Positions 8,180 through 15,362 of a stretch of 64,000 nt of DNA are shown one piece after another. Source of the DNA: an uncultured virus (IMG/VR IMGVR_UViG_3300021365_000007) (Duplodnaviria > Heunggongvirae > Uroviricota > Caudoviricetes); IMG/VR virus record IMGVR_UViG_3300021365_000007. The stretch is one strand, 5' to 3'. Under the pieces are notes generated by a model. That model worked only from the letters and a program-made list of their open reading frames with translations, ran no database searches and was not told the DNA's origin. How positions within the stretch are numbered: position 1 is the first letter of the stretch; every line of letters begins with the position of its first letter. Position numbers and translations under genes: made by a program.

Positions 8180-10051
8180 TTATTTCTCCCATGTTTTCGA
8201 TATGTTTGTGTCTGCTTTAAGCAAACCATTAGGTATAATTACTTTAGCAGCCTTCTCCATGAGCTCAGTCATCTTGACTGACCATGCTTCAGCTACATCT
8301 TCTTTACACACACAATCAATCTGATCGTGTACAGTCATAATAATCTTCACAGTATCTGACCATGACTCTTCTATCTCTCTATGTATATAAATAAGAGCCA
8401 GTTTAGTCATGTCAGCAGATGAACCTTGAATTGGGGTATTCTTAGATGCACGCTCGATACTACCAAGCTCCATCATCTTACTCCTGTCATCATACATTTT
8501 AGGGTACCAGCTATCAAACCAACGCCTCCTGTAAAAGGGAGCAAAGGTTTGTATATAACCATTACGTTTACCATATGTACCAAGTTTCTCTAGAAATGCC
8601 CTGATATTAGGGAACTCTGTAAAGTATTTCTCTATAAGATCTTGTGCTTGCTTCTTAGTTATCTGTAAAGTATCAGCTAATTTGAAAGGACCCATTCCGT
8701 AGGCCAAACCGAAGTTGATAGCTTTGATTTGGGTTCTAAGCTTTTTCCGTGCACTAGCGTCAGCATCTCGCCATTTATCTTCAAATACGAGATCTGCACA
8801 TACTCCGTGTAAGTCCATGCCTTTGGACAAAGCATCAAGCCACACTGGATCTTGACTCCCGTATGCAATGACATTTAGTTCCTGACTAGAGTAATCACTG
8901 GATACAAAGACCCATCCCTCTTCAGTAATGAAACAGTTTCGAAAGGTATTATCGCTGGGAATCTGTTGCATGTTAGGTTTACTAGAAGAGACTCTCCCTG
9001 TATCAAGTATTTGTGAGAAATTTGTATGGACTCGTCCATCAGCGTTGACGTAATTGAAGAACTTAGTACCGTAGGCATTTGCGAGTTTGGTTCTTTCCTT
9101 ATAGCGTATATATTCATCGATTAATTTGTGTTTGTACCTGTGTTTATTTAAGTTCTTTCCGTTAACATCCTCAAGACTTGGCACTAAGTTCTTGAATAGT
9201 CTGAGTGTTTGCATAGGGGAACCCCAATTGATAGCAGTATGTCTTACCTCTTCAATAGGAGCAAACATGTCTGCTTGTATTGGGATACGATAGTGTTGTA
9301 ACAAATCATGTTCCAATACCATATTATCTAACTGTAACTCCTGTTCATATGCCAGCTTGACGTTTTTCTCTGCCATAACTGTCCATTTATCCTTATCAAT
9401 AGCTAAGCCTTCGTATTCTATTTCAGCAAATACTTTAACTACCTCATTCTCAAGACGGGCAGTCTGTTCCAATTGATGCGTACGTAACGACGGTAATTGT
9501 TTTTCCCTGATGTCAAGCAGATAAATAACATCGTTTGCCCCATAGGTAATCTGATCGATCGTATATGGTTGACCCGTGAGCCCAATGAACTTATTTCTCG
9601 TCGTCTTATCCAAATTAATACTGAGGTACCTATCGACACACCTTGCGAGTGAGTAACCGTAGTCTTGTTTACCGCAATTGATAACTCTTTCCGTAAGAAA
9701 CGTATCGTATATGTTTTTGACATCGATGTTTGCCCATCGCTTGATGAATTTATAATCGAACTTTGCGTTATGAAATATCTTAATAATTTTCTCATCTTCT
9801 AATATATCTTTTAGTGGAGTAACATCCACAACACGTGTGTCTATCACATATTGTCTATCCTTATCCCCAATCTGAAGCATTATCATCTTCTTACAAGTGA
9901 AGTCAAAGCCTTCTGTTTCTGTGTCTACCCCAAGAACAGGTTTGTCCTTACAATATGACACACAGTCATCAATTGTTGTTACTTGAATCGTCGACGTGTT
10001 CAATAGAGCGTTCTGCCCTATGAATCTTATCTTGTTTGAATTGTTCATCAT
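8180..10051 (-). CDS. polA: DNA polymerase family A with 3'-5' exonuclease
   Basis: Exonuclease DTET and HNAKFD; TGRVSS, motif A DYSSQE, motif B RTQIKAINFGLAYG (Phe at the 762-equivalent), motif C VHDQ. Start probably MM at 10051 (ORF track uses 10078). Confidence 0.95.
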   Translation of the reverse strand: MMNNSNKIRFIGQNALLNTSTIQVTTIDDCVSYCKDKPVLGVDTETEGFDFTCKKMIMLQIGDKDRQYVIDTRVVDVTPLKDILEDEKIIKIFHNAKFDYKFIKRWANIDVKNIYDTFLTERVINCGKQDYGYSLARCVDRYLSINLDKTTRNKFIGLTGQPYTIDQITYGANDVIYLLDIREKQLPSLRTHQLEQTARLENEVVKVFAEIEYEGLAIDKDKWTVMAEKNVKLAYEQELQLDNMVLEHDLLQHYRIPIQADMFAPIEEVRHTAINWGSPMQTLRLFKNLVPSLEDVNGKNLNKHRYKHKLIDEYIRYKERTKLANAYGTKFFNYVNADGRVHTNFSQILDTGRVSSSKPNMQQIPSDNTFRNCFITEEGWVFVSSDYSSQELNVIAYGSQDPVWLDALSKGMDLHGVCADLVFEDKWRDADASARKKLRTQIKAINFGLAYGMGPFKLADTLQITKKQAQDLIEKYFTEFPNIRAFLEKLGTYGKRNGYIQTFAPFYRRRWFDSWYPKMYDDRSKMMELGSIERASKNTPIQGSSADMTKLALIYIHREIEESWSDTVKIIMTVHDQIDCVCKEDVAEAWSVKMTELMEKAAKVIIPNGLLKADTNISKTWEK

Positions 10052-10211
10052 ACATAAATAATAATATTTGGTTTGCATCTGCTATAGAGTAAGACTTACC
10101 AAGAAAAGATACATCTTCCCTGTTAGAATCTTTACTAGCTTTAATCAATCTGCGTAGTAAATCTACGTTGTTGTTGCGGATTATCTCCGCAATCTGTTTC
10201 ATTTTACCCAT
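9969..10211 (-). CDS. Hypothetical protein
   Basis: 80 aa starting MGKMKQI; overlaps the polA start. Confidence 0.6.
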   Translation of the reverse strand: MGKMKQIAEIIRNNNVDLLRRLIKASKDSNREDVSFLGKSYSIADANQILLFMYDEQFKQDKIHRAERSIEHVDDSSNNN

Positions 10212-10231
10212 TTTAAACTTGTTTGATATTA

Positions 10232-10313
10232 ATAGTCACCGTTATAGGAGTCGAACCTATTATATCTTAACTAAACTTCACTAAAATTAAGTATACTAAC
10301 CACTAGACGGTGA
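10232..10313 (-). ncRNA. tRNA-like element 1 (non-canonical cloverleaf)
   Basis: TCACCGT/ACGGTGA outer stem, AGTGGTT D-like loop, ~11-bp arm in place of the anticodon arm, ATAGG-TTCGACT-CCTAT T arm, 3' CTATT. Confidence 0.7.
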
Positions 10314-10342
10314 GAAAAGGGTGAGCTGTTACACTCACCCTT
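10314..10342 (-). terminator. Hairpin after the 10353-10934 gene
   Basis: AAGGGTGAG/CTCACCCTT 9-bp stem with a short U-rich tail on the minus strand. Confidence 0.6.
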
Positions 10343-10352
10343 AGTTTTGTAC

Positions 10353-10934
10353 TTACGACATAATCTCTCCTGTCGTAACATTCACATTCTGAGCAGCAAT
10401 GATACCACCTGTTGTTGCAGGTGCATCGCTCTCAAGGAACGTGTGCTGGGCTTCCCCGCTAACAACTTGAGTGTTAGCAAAGATGTACATACCCTGATGT
10501 GTGATGTAATCACCATCCTTTCCACGACGCTTCGCAGCTGTCTCAATGTTCATCGACTGGTACTCCGATGGCTCAGTTGATTCGTTCACTTGTACGTGAA
10601 GAACTGTGCCACCCATACTAGGGTTAAGAACATTCAACGGCTTGATATCTCTACCACGCTCGTCTGTCGTGTAACCTGATGATAAATCAACACCCAAGAT
10701 TTCAGCTGCATCAGCTGGCTCACAAGTAAGCCAAGCACGACGTGCCCCACCTTGAGAGAATCTCTCATCAGATTTGTTAAACATACCCAATAGGTTATTG
10801 CTTGATGATCCACCTTCAAGGCGTTCAGCAACTTCCAATTGGATTTTACCATTAGCTACTCTTCGTGAAGACACGAGCAAGCTATCTCCTGGATTTAGGG
10901 TATCCAGAGAACCACTGTTTAATGTATTTTCCAT
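10353..10934 (-). CDS. Hypothetical protein flanked by the two tRNA-like elements
   Basis: 193 aa, beta-rich, frequent CGT/GGT codons as in the capsid gene. Confidence 0.85.
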   Translation of the reverse strand: MENTLNSGSLDTLNPGDSLLVSSRRVANGKIQLEVAERLEGGSSSNNLLGMFNKSDERFSQGGARRAWLTCEPADAAEILGVDLSSGYTTDERGRDIKPLNVLNPSMGGTVLHVQVNESTEPSEYQSMNIETAAKRRGKDGDYITHQGMYIFANTQVVSGEAQHTFLESDAPATTGGIIAAQNVNVTTGEIMS

Positions 10935-10997
10935 GATGTTATGGTGTATTACATGTATTTAAATGTTGGAGACTATTAATGGTCGTCTCCTTAACCA

Positions 10998-11086
10998 ATA
11001 GTTACACGTAGGGGAGTCGAACCCCATTGCTATTCTCTATGCGCAAAGAATAACAATCCATTCGGAACCACCCGAATTACGTGTAA
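10998..11086 (-). ncRNA. tRNA-like element 2 (non-canonical cloverleaf)
   Basis: TTACACGTA/TACGTGTAA, ATTCGG-GTGGTT-CCGAAT, 11-13-bp long arm, GGGG-TTCGACT-CCCC, 3' CTATT. Confidence 0.8.
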
Positions 11087-11092
11087 TACCAA

Positions 11093-11410
11093 CTAGTTCG
11101 CCCATCTTTCATTAAGGAACTCATCAGTTGGGTACTTGATTCTATATAAATAGTCATCAAAGTTATCGTGATCAACTGCCATTGTAAGACGTGTATTATT
11201 ACGACGAACAACTATATTAGACATCTCTACCTTTATTGTGTCTACATTACAAGTAGATAAATTGGTGACAACTATATGACGCATACCGTTAATGAACTGA
11301 CATAAATGTTCTTCATCATTATCATCTTCGATAGAACCAAAGTAACCACACTGAGTGTACCCAATTAAGGATACACTCATTAGTATAGTAAGTAAGAGAG
11401 AGTATTTCAT
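11093..11410 (-). CDS. Secreted hypothetical protein
   Basis: Signal-peptide-like MKYSLLLTILMSVSLIGYTQ. Confidence 0.75.
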   Translation of the reverse strand: MKYSLLLTILMSVSLIGYTQCGYFGSIEDDNDEEHLCQFINGMRHIVVTNLSTCNVDTIKVEMSNIVVRRNNTRLTMAVDHDNFDDYLYRIKYPTDEFLNERWAN

Positions 11411-11596
11411 TTAGCTGTTAGTATTAAGTGCTTTAACTATTTCTTCAAGCTTAATTTCTTCTAGATTTAATGCATCTACTTCTTTACGTATCTGAGTAAT
11501 TCTATTTAATGAATCATCTCTAAGCTTTGATTGATTAGTAAGATGCTGATTGTAATCTTGTTGGATTGGGGTTAACTGAATGTTTTTCGTATTCAT
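11411..11596 (-). CDS. Small coiled-coil protein (61 aa)
   Basis: Likely start MNTKNI at 11596 after TTAAACTTTACAAT; the upstream extension in the track lies in structured RNA. Confidence 0.7.
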   Translation of the reverse strand: MNTKNIQLTPIQQDYNQHLTNQSKLRDDSLNRITQIRKEVDALNLEEIKLEEIVKALNTNS

Positions 11597-11629
11597 ATTG
11601 TAAAGTTTAATTAATAAATAAAGGGGAAT

Positions 11630-11980
11630 GAATAGCAATCTTATCACGTTCGCTTGGGTTATGATCCCAGGAATTATGGCGTGGCCGAAGCTCTTATAAC
11701 CCTTATTCCGCATACGTCTTGCGCCTGCAGTAACACTGATGAGAGGACGACACCATCAACACCATAGATTACTATTCAAAGTGTTAGCAGTTTGTCTTCA
11801 TGCTAAGGAATACGACGATGATCACGTCCTTTCTAATATGGAAATCTCGTTACTGTTTAAGCCTAAAGCTATCCGAGTATTAGGGAACGACCCGACGAGA
11901 TAATAAAGAAGGAAAGCTACAACCCGTGGTTATTTTTACGCCTTAGCTGAGCAGGCAACCTTAAGGCTGTTAGCTTCCCC
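11630..11980 (-). ncRNA. Cluster of four structured non-coding domains
   Basis: Closing stems at 11630-41/11766-77, 11784-89/11801-06, 11844-50/11895-901 and 11911-11980; G-U pairs favour the minus strand. Confidence 0.6.
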
Positions 11981-11997
11981 ATTATTAATTGAATTCG

Positions 11998-12066
11998 TTA
12001 CGACATAACAAACACATAGTTATAATGTGTTGTCATGTCTTCTAAGGCTACTGAATAAGCGTCCAT
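11998..12066 (-). CDS. 22-aa early micro-ORF
   Basis: MDAYSVALEDMTTHYNYVFVMS after TTTAAACTTCACAATC, the same leader motif as neighbouring ORFs. Confidence 0.5.
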   Translation of the reverse strand: MDAYSVALEDMTTHYNYVFVMS

Positions 12067-12120
12067 GATTGTGAAGTTTAAAGGTTTGTGTAATAGTATT
12101 GTATGTTACCTAAAGTATTA

Positions 12121-12150
12121 GGTGGTAAATAGTGGTAGAATGTGGTGAAT
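12121..12150 (+). repeat. Three 10-bp-period direct repeats NGTGGTRRAW
   Basis: ggtggtaaat agtggtagaa tgtggtgaat. Confidence 0.6.
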
Positions 12151-12216
12151 ACAGCCTGGTGACCGTACTCACACACATTAACGGTTATCGTTATAAAGAG
12201 TAGAAGAACCAAAGAA

Positions 12217-12384
12217 TCACGACTGTGATTCCTGGAACTTGAGAATGTCAAGACCGAGCTGACTGCGCGAGTTGACAAAGATAGGCTTGTCTATCTGTGT
12301 TGCTCCTGTCTTCTGGTCTACTGTACCTTGGTCTGCGATTAGCCATTGGCCATCTTTGCTGAGAATAAATGCTGATGCGTTCAT
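12217..12384 (-). CDS. First ORF of the leftward arm (55 aa)
   Basis: MNASAFILSKDGQWLIADQG... after ATTAAACTTCATTACA. Confidence 0.7.
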   Translation of the reverse strand: MNASAFILSKDGQWLIADQGTVDQKTGATQIDKPIFVNSRSQLGLDILKFQESQS

Positions 12385-12497
12385 TGTAATGAAGTTTAAT
12401 GTGAGTGCTTGAGGGGGCACTTTGGAACCCGAAAAGTAGTGCGGGTCTTTGATCGTGTTGGGTAACGCTTTCAAAAATTTCCCAAAAAAAATTTTTC

Positions 12498-12505
12498 TAT
12501 ATTTG
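12498..12505 (+). promoter_or_regulatory. -7 promoter box TATATTTG
   Basis: Matches TAnnTTTG; 4 nt before the ATG at 12510. Confidence 0.65.
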
Positions 12506-12509
12506 CATT

Positions 12510-12641
12510 ATGAAAAAAACAAATCACCAACTTTACGTAGCAAACGATGCTTCACGTCCTGGAGTGCACGCAAAAACTAAAAACTCAAACAACAAAACTT
12601 CTAAGCACTACAAAAAAAAGTATCGAGGGCAAGGAAGATAA
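12510..12641 (+). CDS. 43-aa basic peptide ending KKYRGQGR
   Basis: Hand translation MKKTNHQLYVANDASRPGVHAKTKNSNNKTSKHYKKKYRGQGR; similar C-termini are recalled from small marine phage proteins. Confidence 0.7.
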   Translation: MKKTNHQLYVANDASRPGVHAKTKNSNNKTSKHYKKKYRGQGR

Positions 12642-12653
12642 AGTATATTTTAT

Positions 12654-12661
12654 TATATTTG
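12654..12661 (+). promoter_or_regulatory. -7 promoter box TATATTTG heading the structured RNA
   Basis: Matches TAnnTTTG; shares upstream AAGATAAAGT with the 13414 promoter. Confidence 0.6.
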
Positions 12662-12664
12662 CAT

Positions 12665-12908
12665 CGAAACCACTTTAGTGACCGTCCTTTAGGTAATCAT
12701 AATAGGACTAGACATCGGGTTAAAGTAGCTGTCAACATAGTCAGTGAAAGTCGTCCCCGGTAGTTTCAAAAAGTGCGTTGGTATAAAACTCGGGTGGGAC
12801 AAGGCTATAGGCTGATAGAAATGCCCCCACGTAGGCTAAACACGGCGAGTGGAAATCCAACGTTTGACTGAAAACCAAGGGGGTGAGTTATATCCTTTTG
12901 TAACTTTA
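12665..12908 (+). ncRNA. Large structured non-coding RNA or 5' leader
   Basis: No ORF of 60 aa or more; GC-richer than flanks; at least seven nested stems and a 7-bp pseudoknot. Confidence 0.6.
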
Positions 12909-12921
12909 TTACGATACAACT

Positions 12922-13401
12922 ATGAAATTAGAAGTCCTAAGATTTAATTACGGAATAGATTCTACTAATGGTATTCTCTTTGATATATCAAATGGTGAAC
13001 GAAAATTTTTATGCTACACATTAGAAGATGAAAGTAGAGAAGAAAAAGTATGGGGAGAAACTTGTATACCTGAAGGAGAGTATTGCATCGGTCTTAGGAC
13101 TGTGGGTGGACATCACACCAAATACTCTAAAAGGTTTGCCGACATACACAAAGGCATGCTTCACGTACTTGATGTGCCTAACTTTAAATATATACTCATC
13201 CATTGTGGCAATACTGACGAACACACTGCAGGATGTTTACTACTGGGTAACTCGCAAGTAAACAACAATGTTAAGACTAATGGATTTATAGGTAACAGTA
13301 CAGAAGCTTACTTTAATGTGTACCCAAAAATTGCTGCAGTACTAGACGAAGGACAAGAGGACGTAACGATCAAGTACACCGACTTTACAATTATGAAATA
13401 A
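12922..13401 (+). CDS. DUF5675-like (L,D-peptidase-fold) protein, candidate endolysin
   Basis: CYTLED, TCIPEGEY and ILIHCGN...TAGCLLLG with a His/Cys pair. Confidence 0.75.
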   Translation: MKLEVLRFNYGIDSTNGILFDISNGERKFLCYTLEDESREEKVWGETCIPEGEYCIGLRTVGGHHTKYSKRFADIHKGMLHVLDVPNFKYILIHCGNTDEHTAGCLLLGNSQVNNNVKTNGFIGNSTEAYFNVYPKIAAVLDEGQEDVTIKYTDFTIMK

Positions 13402-13413
13402 AATTGTAAACTA

Positions 13414-13446
13414 TTTGCTTATATAAGATAAAGTTTTATATATTTG
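13414..13446 (+). promoter_or_regulatory. Full-consensus Bacteroidota promoter for the groES-terminase cluster
   Basis: TTTG, 21-nt spacer, TATATTTG. Confidence 0.8.
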
Positions 13447-13462
13447 TCGTAAATCAAACATT

Positions 13463-13741
13463 ATGGCAAAATTAAACTTTCTCCCTACCCGTGATTGGAT
13501 TGTTCTACCTTTAGTAAAGAAGGACGAAACTGATGCAGGTATTATTCTCCCGGACTCAGCTAAGAAATCTTTGCAGTCAAACATTCTTAAGGTACTCGCT
13601 GCCGGACCAGAATGCCTGATGGTAAAGACTGATGATACCGTTATGGTACACCCCAATACTGAAGGACTCATTGTCACTATCGATAGCACAGAGTGCGTGA
13701 TGGTCAATGAGTTTTCTGTTTGTGGGGTTATTCCTAAGTAA
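13463..13741 (+). CDS. groES: Co-chaperonin GroES/Cpn10
   Basis: FLPTRDWIV, mobile loop ETDAGIILPDSAK, VLAAGP. Confidence 0.85.
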   Translation: MAKLNFLPTRDWIVLPLVKKDETDAGIILPDSAKKSLQSNILKVLAAGPECLMVKTDDTVMVHPNTEGLIVTIDSTECVMVNEFSVCGVIPK

Positions 13742-13980
13742 TGGATGGGACAGTAACAATACCTATTACTCTCTTTGACCAGCTTAGAGGTGCAAAAGAA
13801 ATAGCACAAAGCAAAAACGATAACCTTAAGAGAGCCGCTAGAGAGATAGAAGTATTTCTATCATTCTTGTGCACAAGAGAACACATTAAAGAATACGTAG
13901 ACGAGTTTAACAGACAATCTACCAAGTCTAGAATAAACCTCGACGATGGGAAAGTTAAAATAGTAATCAGAGATGAGTAG
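13741..13980 (+). CDS. Hypothetical protein
   Basis: 79 aa, translationally coupled. Confidence 0.7.
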   Translation: MDGTVTIPITLFDQLRGAKEIAQSKNDNLKRAAREIEVFLSFLCTREHIKEYVDEFNRQSTKSRINLDDGKVKIVIRDE

Positions 13981-14287
13981 AAAAATACAAATCAAAACGG
14001 ATACTACCTTTAAATATCTACAAGTATTTAATGGTATATTAGAGTTGACTGACAAAGAGCTATTAATATTATCAAAGTTCATTGACCTGTCAGAAACAAC
14101 TAACATCTGTTCAGCAGACAGTAAAAAGAAAGTAGCAGACAATGTAGGAATTGCAGACCCAAACACTTTAAACAACTATGTCAAGCGACTTAAAGATAAA
14201 GGAGCAATAGTTAAAAGTAAAAATGGGTACATTATATCAAAACTTCTTAAAAAAGACAAAAGCGTAATCATTGAAATCCTTACATGA
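13973..14287 (+). CDS. Winged-helix DNA-binding protein
   Basis: LTDKELLIL...KKVADNVGI..NTLNNYVKRLKDKGAI. Confidence 0.7.
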   Translation: MSRKIQIKTDTTFKYLQVFNGILELTDKELLILSKFIDLSETTNICSADSKKKVADNVGIADPNTLNNYVKRLKDKGAIVKSKNGYIISKLLKKDKSVIIEILT

Positions 14288-14385
14288 AATAGTAAACAGC
14301 CAGTACATAGAGTATCCTTGGGCAGTTAGTATCTTACAAAGTTCTCAAGGACAGTTACTAAGTATAATAATTAAACACCTAGAAG

Positions 14386-14709
14386 ATGAGCGACAAGACA
14401 CCGTCATTGATGGACATGATGAAGAACTTCACTAAAGAAGTTATTGAATACGCCAAAGAAGGAGCTCCTCATGTAACAGAGGCTCAGTACAACGAAAGAT
14501 TAAAGACATGTGGCTCTTGTCCTTTTCTAAAAAGAGAGGTTATGAGATGTGGTAAATGTGGATGCGTAGTAGAACATAAAGCAAAGTGGGCTACAACTAC
14601 ATGCCCAGAAAAAAGATGGGACCCTATTAAAGTTGGGGCAGGAGGTAAAACAGTTAAACTAAAAAAGGGCAAGAGTGGAAAGAGTGATAATACAAAAACT
14701 AGCAAATAA
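14386..14709 (+). CDS. Cys-rich putative metal-binding protein (DUF6171-like)
   Basis: RLKTCGSCP...CGKCGC...CPEKRW. Confidence 0.7.
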   Translation: MSDKTPSLMDMMKNFTKEVIEYAKEGAPHVTEAQYNERLKTCGSCPFLKREVMRCGKCGCVVEHKAKWATTTCPEKRWDPIKVGAGGKTVKLKKGKSGKSDNTKTSK

Positions 14710-14890
14710 GTACAACCTGTCAATACAAAAAGTAGAGGAAGTGGTGTACTCACAGTTTAAATACGTAAACAAGATTATGAAAGAAGGAAAGTTTGAATCA
14801 GTACGACTACCCTATCTGGGCAAATTTCACGTAATGCCGGGCAGGCTTAAGTATCTACAACGCAATGAGGAATCTGATAACGGTAAGTAA
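14675..14890 (+). CDS. IHF/HU-like protein
   Basis: IIQKLANKYNLS...VRLPYLGKF, an HU-like pattern typical upstream of crAss terminase. Confidence 0.65.
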   Translation: MERVIIQKLANKYNLSIQKVEEVVYSQFKYVNKIMKEGKFESVRLPYLGKFHVMPGRLKYLQRNEESDNGK

Positions 14891-15362
14891 CAACGTAGTT
14901 ATTCCAAGCACCTATGCACTGACTATCAACGAATTCAAAGGTTTGAAAGGGCAGGAACTCAGTGCTGTATATTTCTACTCAGACCATAGATCCCCTTACA
15001 TTGTCTACGATGAGGAAGAACGAATTGAAAAAATTACTCAAGACTTAAAAATTAAATTTACCCCAAAGGTAAAAGCTGGAATTGACAAGTATAAAGAATT
15101 ATCAGAAACTTCTGCAGTCAAACTTCTTAAATCTGCACGTACATCCGTAACAAAGTTAGAAAAATACTTCAGAACAATAGACTTACAGCTGATTGATGAC
15201 AATGGTAAGCCAATATATCACGCTAAAGACTTGATAGCTAACCTATCAAACATGAGCAAAGTCATTAACGGACTGGAAGAACTGGAAGAGCTAGTACAAA
15301 AGCACGAACAGAAAGATAACCCTAACCGTGGTGGGGTAGTTACTAATAAGTACTCAAATTAA
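14865..15362 (+). CDS. Conserved protein upstream of TerL (possible small terminase)
   Basis: YFYSDHRSPY motif, helical, ends RGG..., TAATG-coupled to terL. Confidence 0.55.
   Translation: MRNLITVSNNVVIPSTYALTINEFKGLKGQELSAVYFYSDHRSPYIVYDEEERIEKITQDLKIKFTPKVKAGIDKYKELSETSAVKLLKSARTSVTKLEKYFRTIDLQLIDDNGKPIYHAKDLIANLSNMSKVINGLEELEELVQKHEQKDNPNRGGVVTNKYSN

Noticed and set aside
8677..9795. Three +1-frame ORFs (65, 80 and 118 aa) inside polA
   Set aside because: The products lack protein-like patterning and have no promoter or start context. The CG-rich codons at ~9440-9790 could equally be a recombination patch.
10232..11086. Calling the two elements ordinary tRNA genes
   Set aside because: No 5-bp/7-nt anticodon arm, abnormal D-arm connectors and no encoded CCA; reported as tRNA-like instead.
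11026..11639. 10-nt inverted match GAATAGCAAT between tRNA-like element 2 and the 11630 stem
   Set aside because: Short and AT-rich, and both copies already have local partners; cannot be distinguished from chance.
11650..11712. HDV-like/theta ribozyme assignment for the pseudoknot
   Set aside because: P1/P2-like crossing is present, but no convincing P3/L3, P1.1 or catalytic J4/2 could be placed.
11736..11742. CTGATGA hammerhead core
   Set aside because: No stem II followed by GAAA, and it is on the strand opposite to local transcription.
12740..12760. RNase P RNA (GAAAGTC resembles part of P4)
   Set aside because: The 3' P4 consensus and overall architecture are missing.
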